The notes under the pieces are model-generated. The model was not told the DNA's origin. It was given only the letters and a program-made list of their open reading frames with translations, and did no database searches. Made by a program: the position numbers and the translations under genes. A stretch of DNA of 64,000 nucleotides from Octopus sinensis (lineage: Eukaryota), in contig NC_043001.1 of NCBI RefSeq assembly GCF_006345805.1, positions 74,586,001 to 74,650,000 on the forward strand, read 5' to 3'. Below are positions 63,517 through 64,000 of this stretch, one piece after another (position 1 is the stretch's first letter; every line of letters starts with the position of its first letter).

Positions 63517-63718
63517 GTTGTAAGAATGAAATGAAATCAAATAGTGATATTTTGAAAGCATTTAATACGAACGTTTCAGGTTTCCGTAACATATAATAGG
63601 AAATGCATCCATTACGTAAACCTTCTTCAGTTAAAGCATTTCAAAAATATACGCAAACCTGAAACGTACGTATTAAATGAATTTGAAATATTATTTCGTT
63701 TGATTTCATTATAACAAC
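63517..63718. mobile_element. Fold-back element containing a full hammerhead and an inverted 3' half
   Basis: ~65-bp inverted arms. Confidence 0.8.
63561..63635 (-). ncRNA. Type I hammerhead ribozyme with canonical core
   Basis: UUUAA-CUGAAGA-AGGUUU...AAACCU-GAAAC-guuc-GUA/UUAAA; stem II 6 bp plus CGUAA/UUACG; partner arm has palindromic ACGUACGU. Confidence 0.82.
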
Positions 63719-63851
63719 TAATGCTAATACAAACTAACCGGTCTTGACTTCGCTTATGCGGGTACTCTAACAACGATTAAGTGTATATTTTTTATATTTG
63801 ACTCTAGTCAAAAGTTTTGGTACCGTGCACCGCTTTTTAGCGTAACACACG

Positions 63852-63921
<70 letters not shown>

Positions 63922-64000
63922 AACATATTCAAGTTTCTTTCTTTCTTTCAGTTCCCGTCTTAATTCACTCACATTTCATTCTGCCCGAGGTTACAGTAGA

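Overview
AT-rich animal genomic DNA, packed with (TA)n, (TATG)n, (TATC)n, (CA)n and (AAT)n microsatellites. The tRNA-derived SINE families and overall composition look like an Octopus (coleoid cephalopod) genome; this is inference, with no database check. Only one host coding exon is well supported: 37142-37619 (+), a first coding exon that starts with an N-myristoylation motif (MGTGAS) and encodes an unidentified product. The rest is probably intron or intergenic DNA filled with mobile elements. These are dozens of SINEs from three or four families, a decayed hAT, a decayed mariner, a Tc1/mariner deletion derivative, a TTAA MITE, a 5'-truncated HERO-clade LINE, a stack of R4/Dong-like LINE ends in (TAA)n, a cluster of another RLE-LINE family in (TATG)n, and a CR1/L2-type fragment. 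The most striking signal is not in the ORF track. Reading both strands by eye gives about a dozen type I hammerhead-ribozyme (HHR) motifs from several unrelated sequence families. Most have palindromic or near-palindromic stem III, and most sit in divergent fold-back insertions next to microsatellites. Two loci allow reconstruction of ~355-365 nt head-to-tail non-coding monomers, i.e. retrozyme-like or Penelope pLTR-derived elements. Several carry non-canonical cores (a U3-A8 pair, and U4C twice). All folds were made by hand and need computational and biochemical confirmation. Repeat boundaries are approximate.
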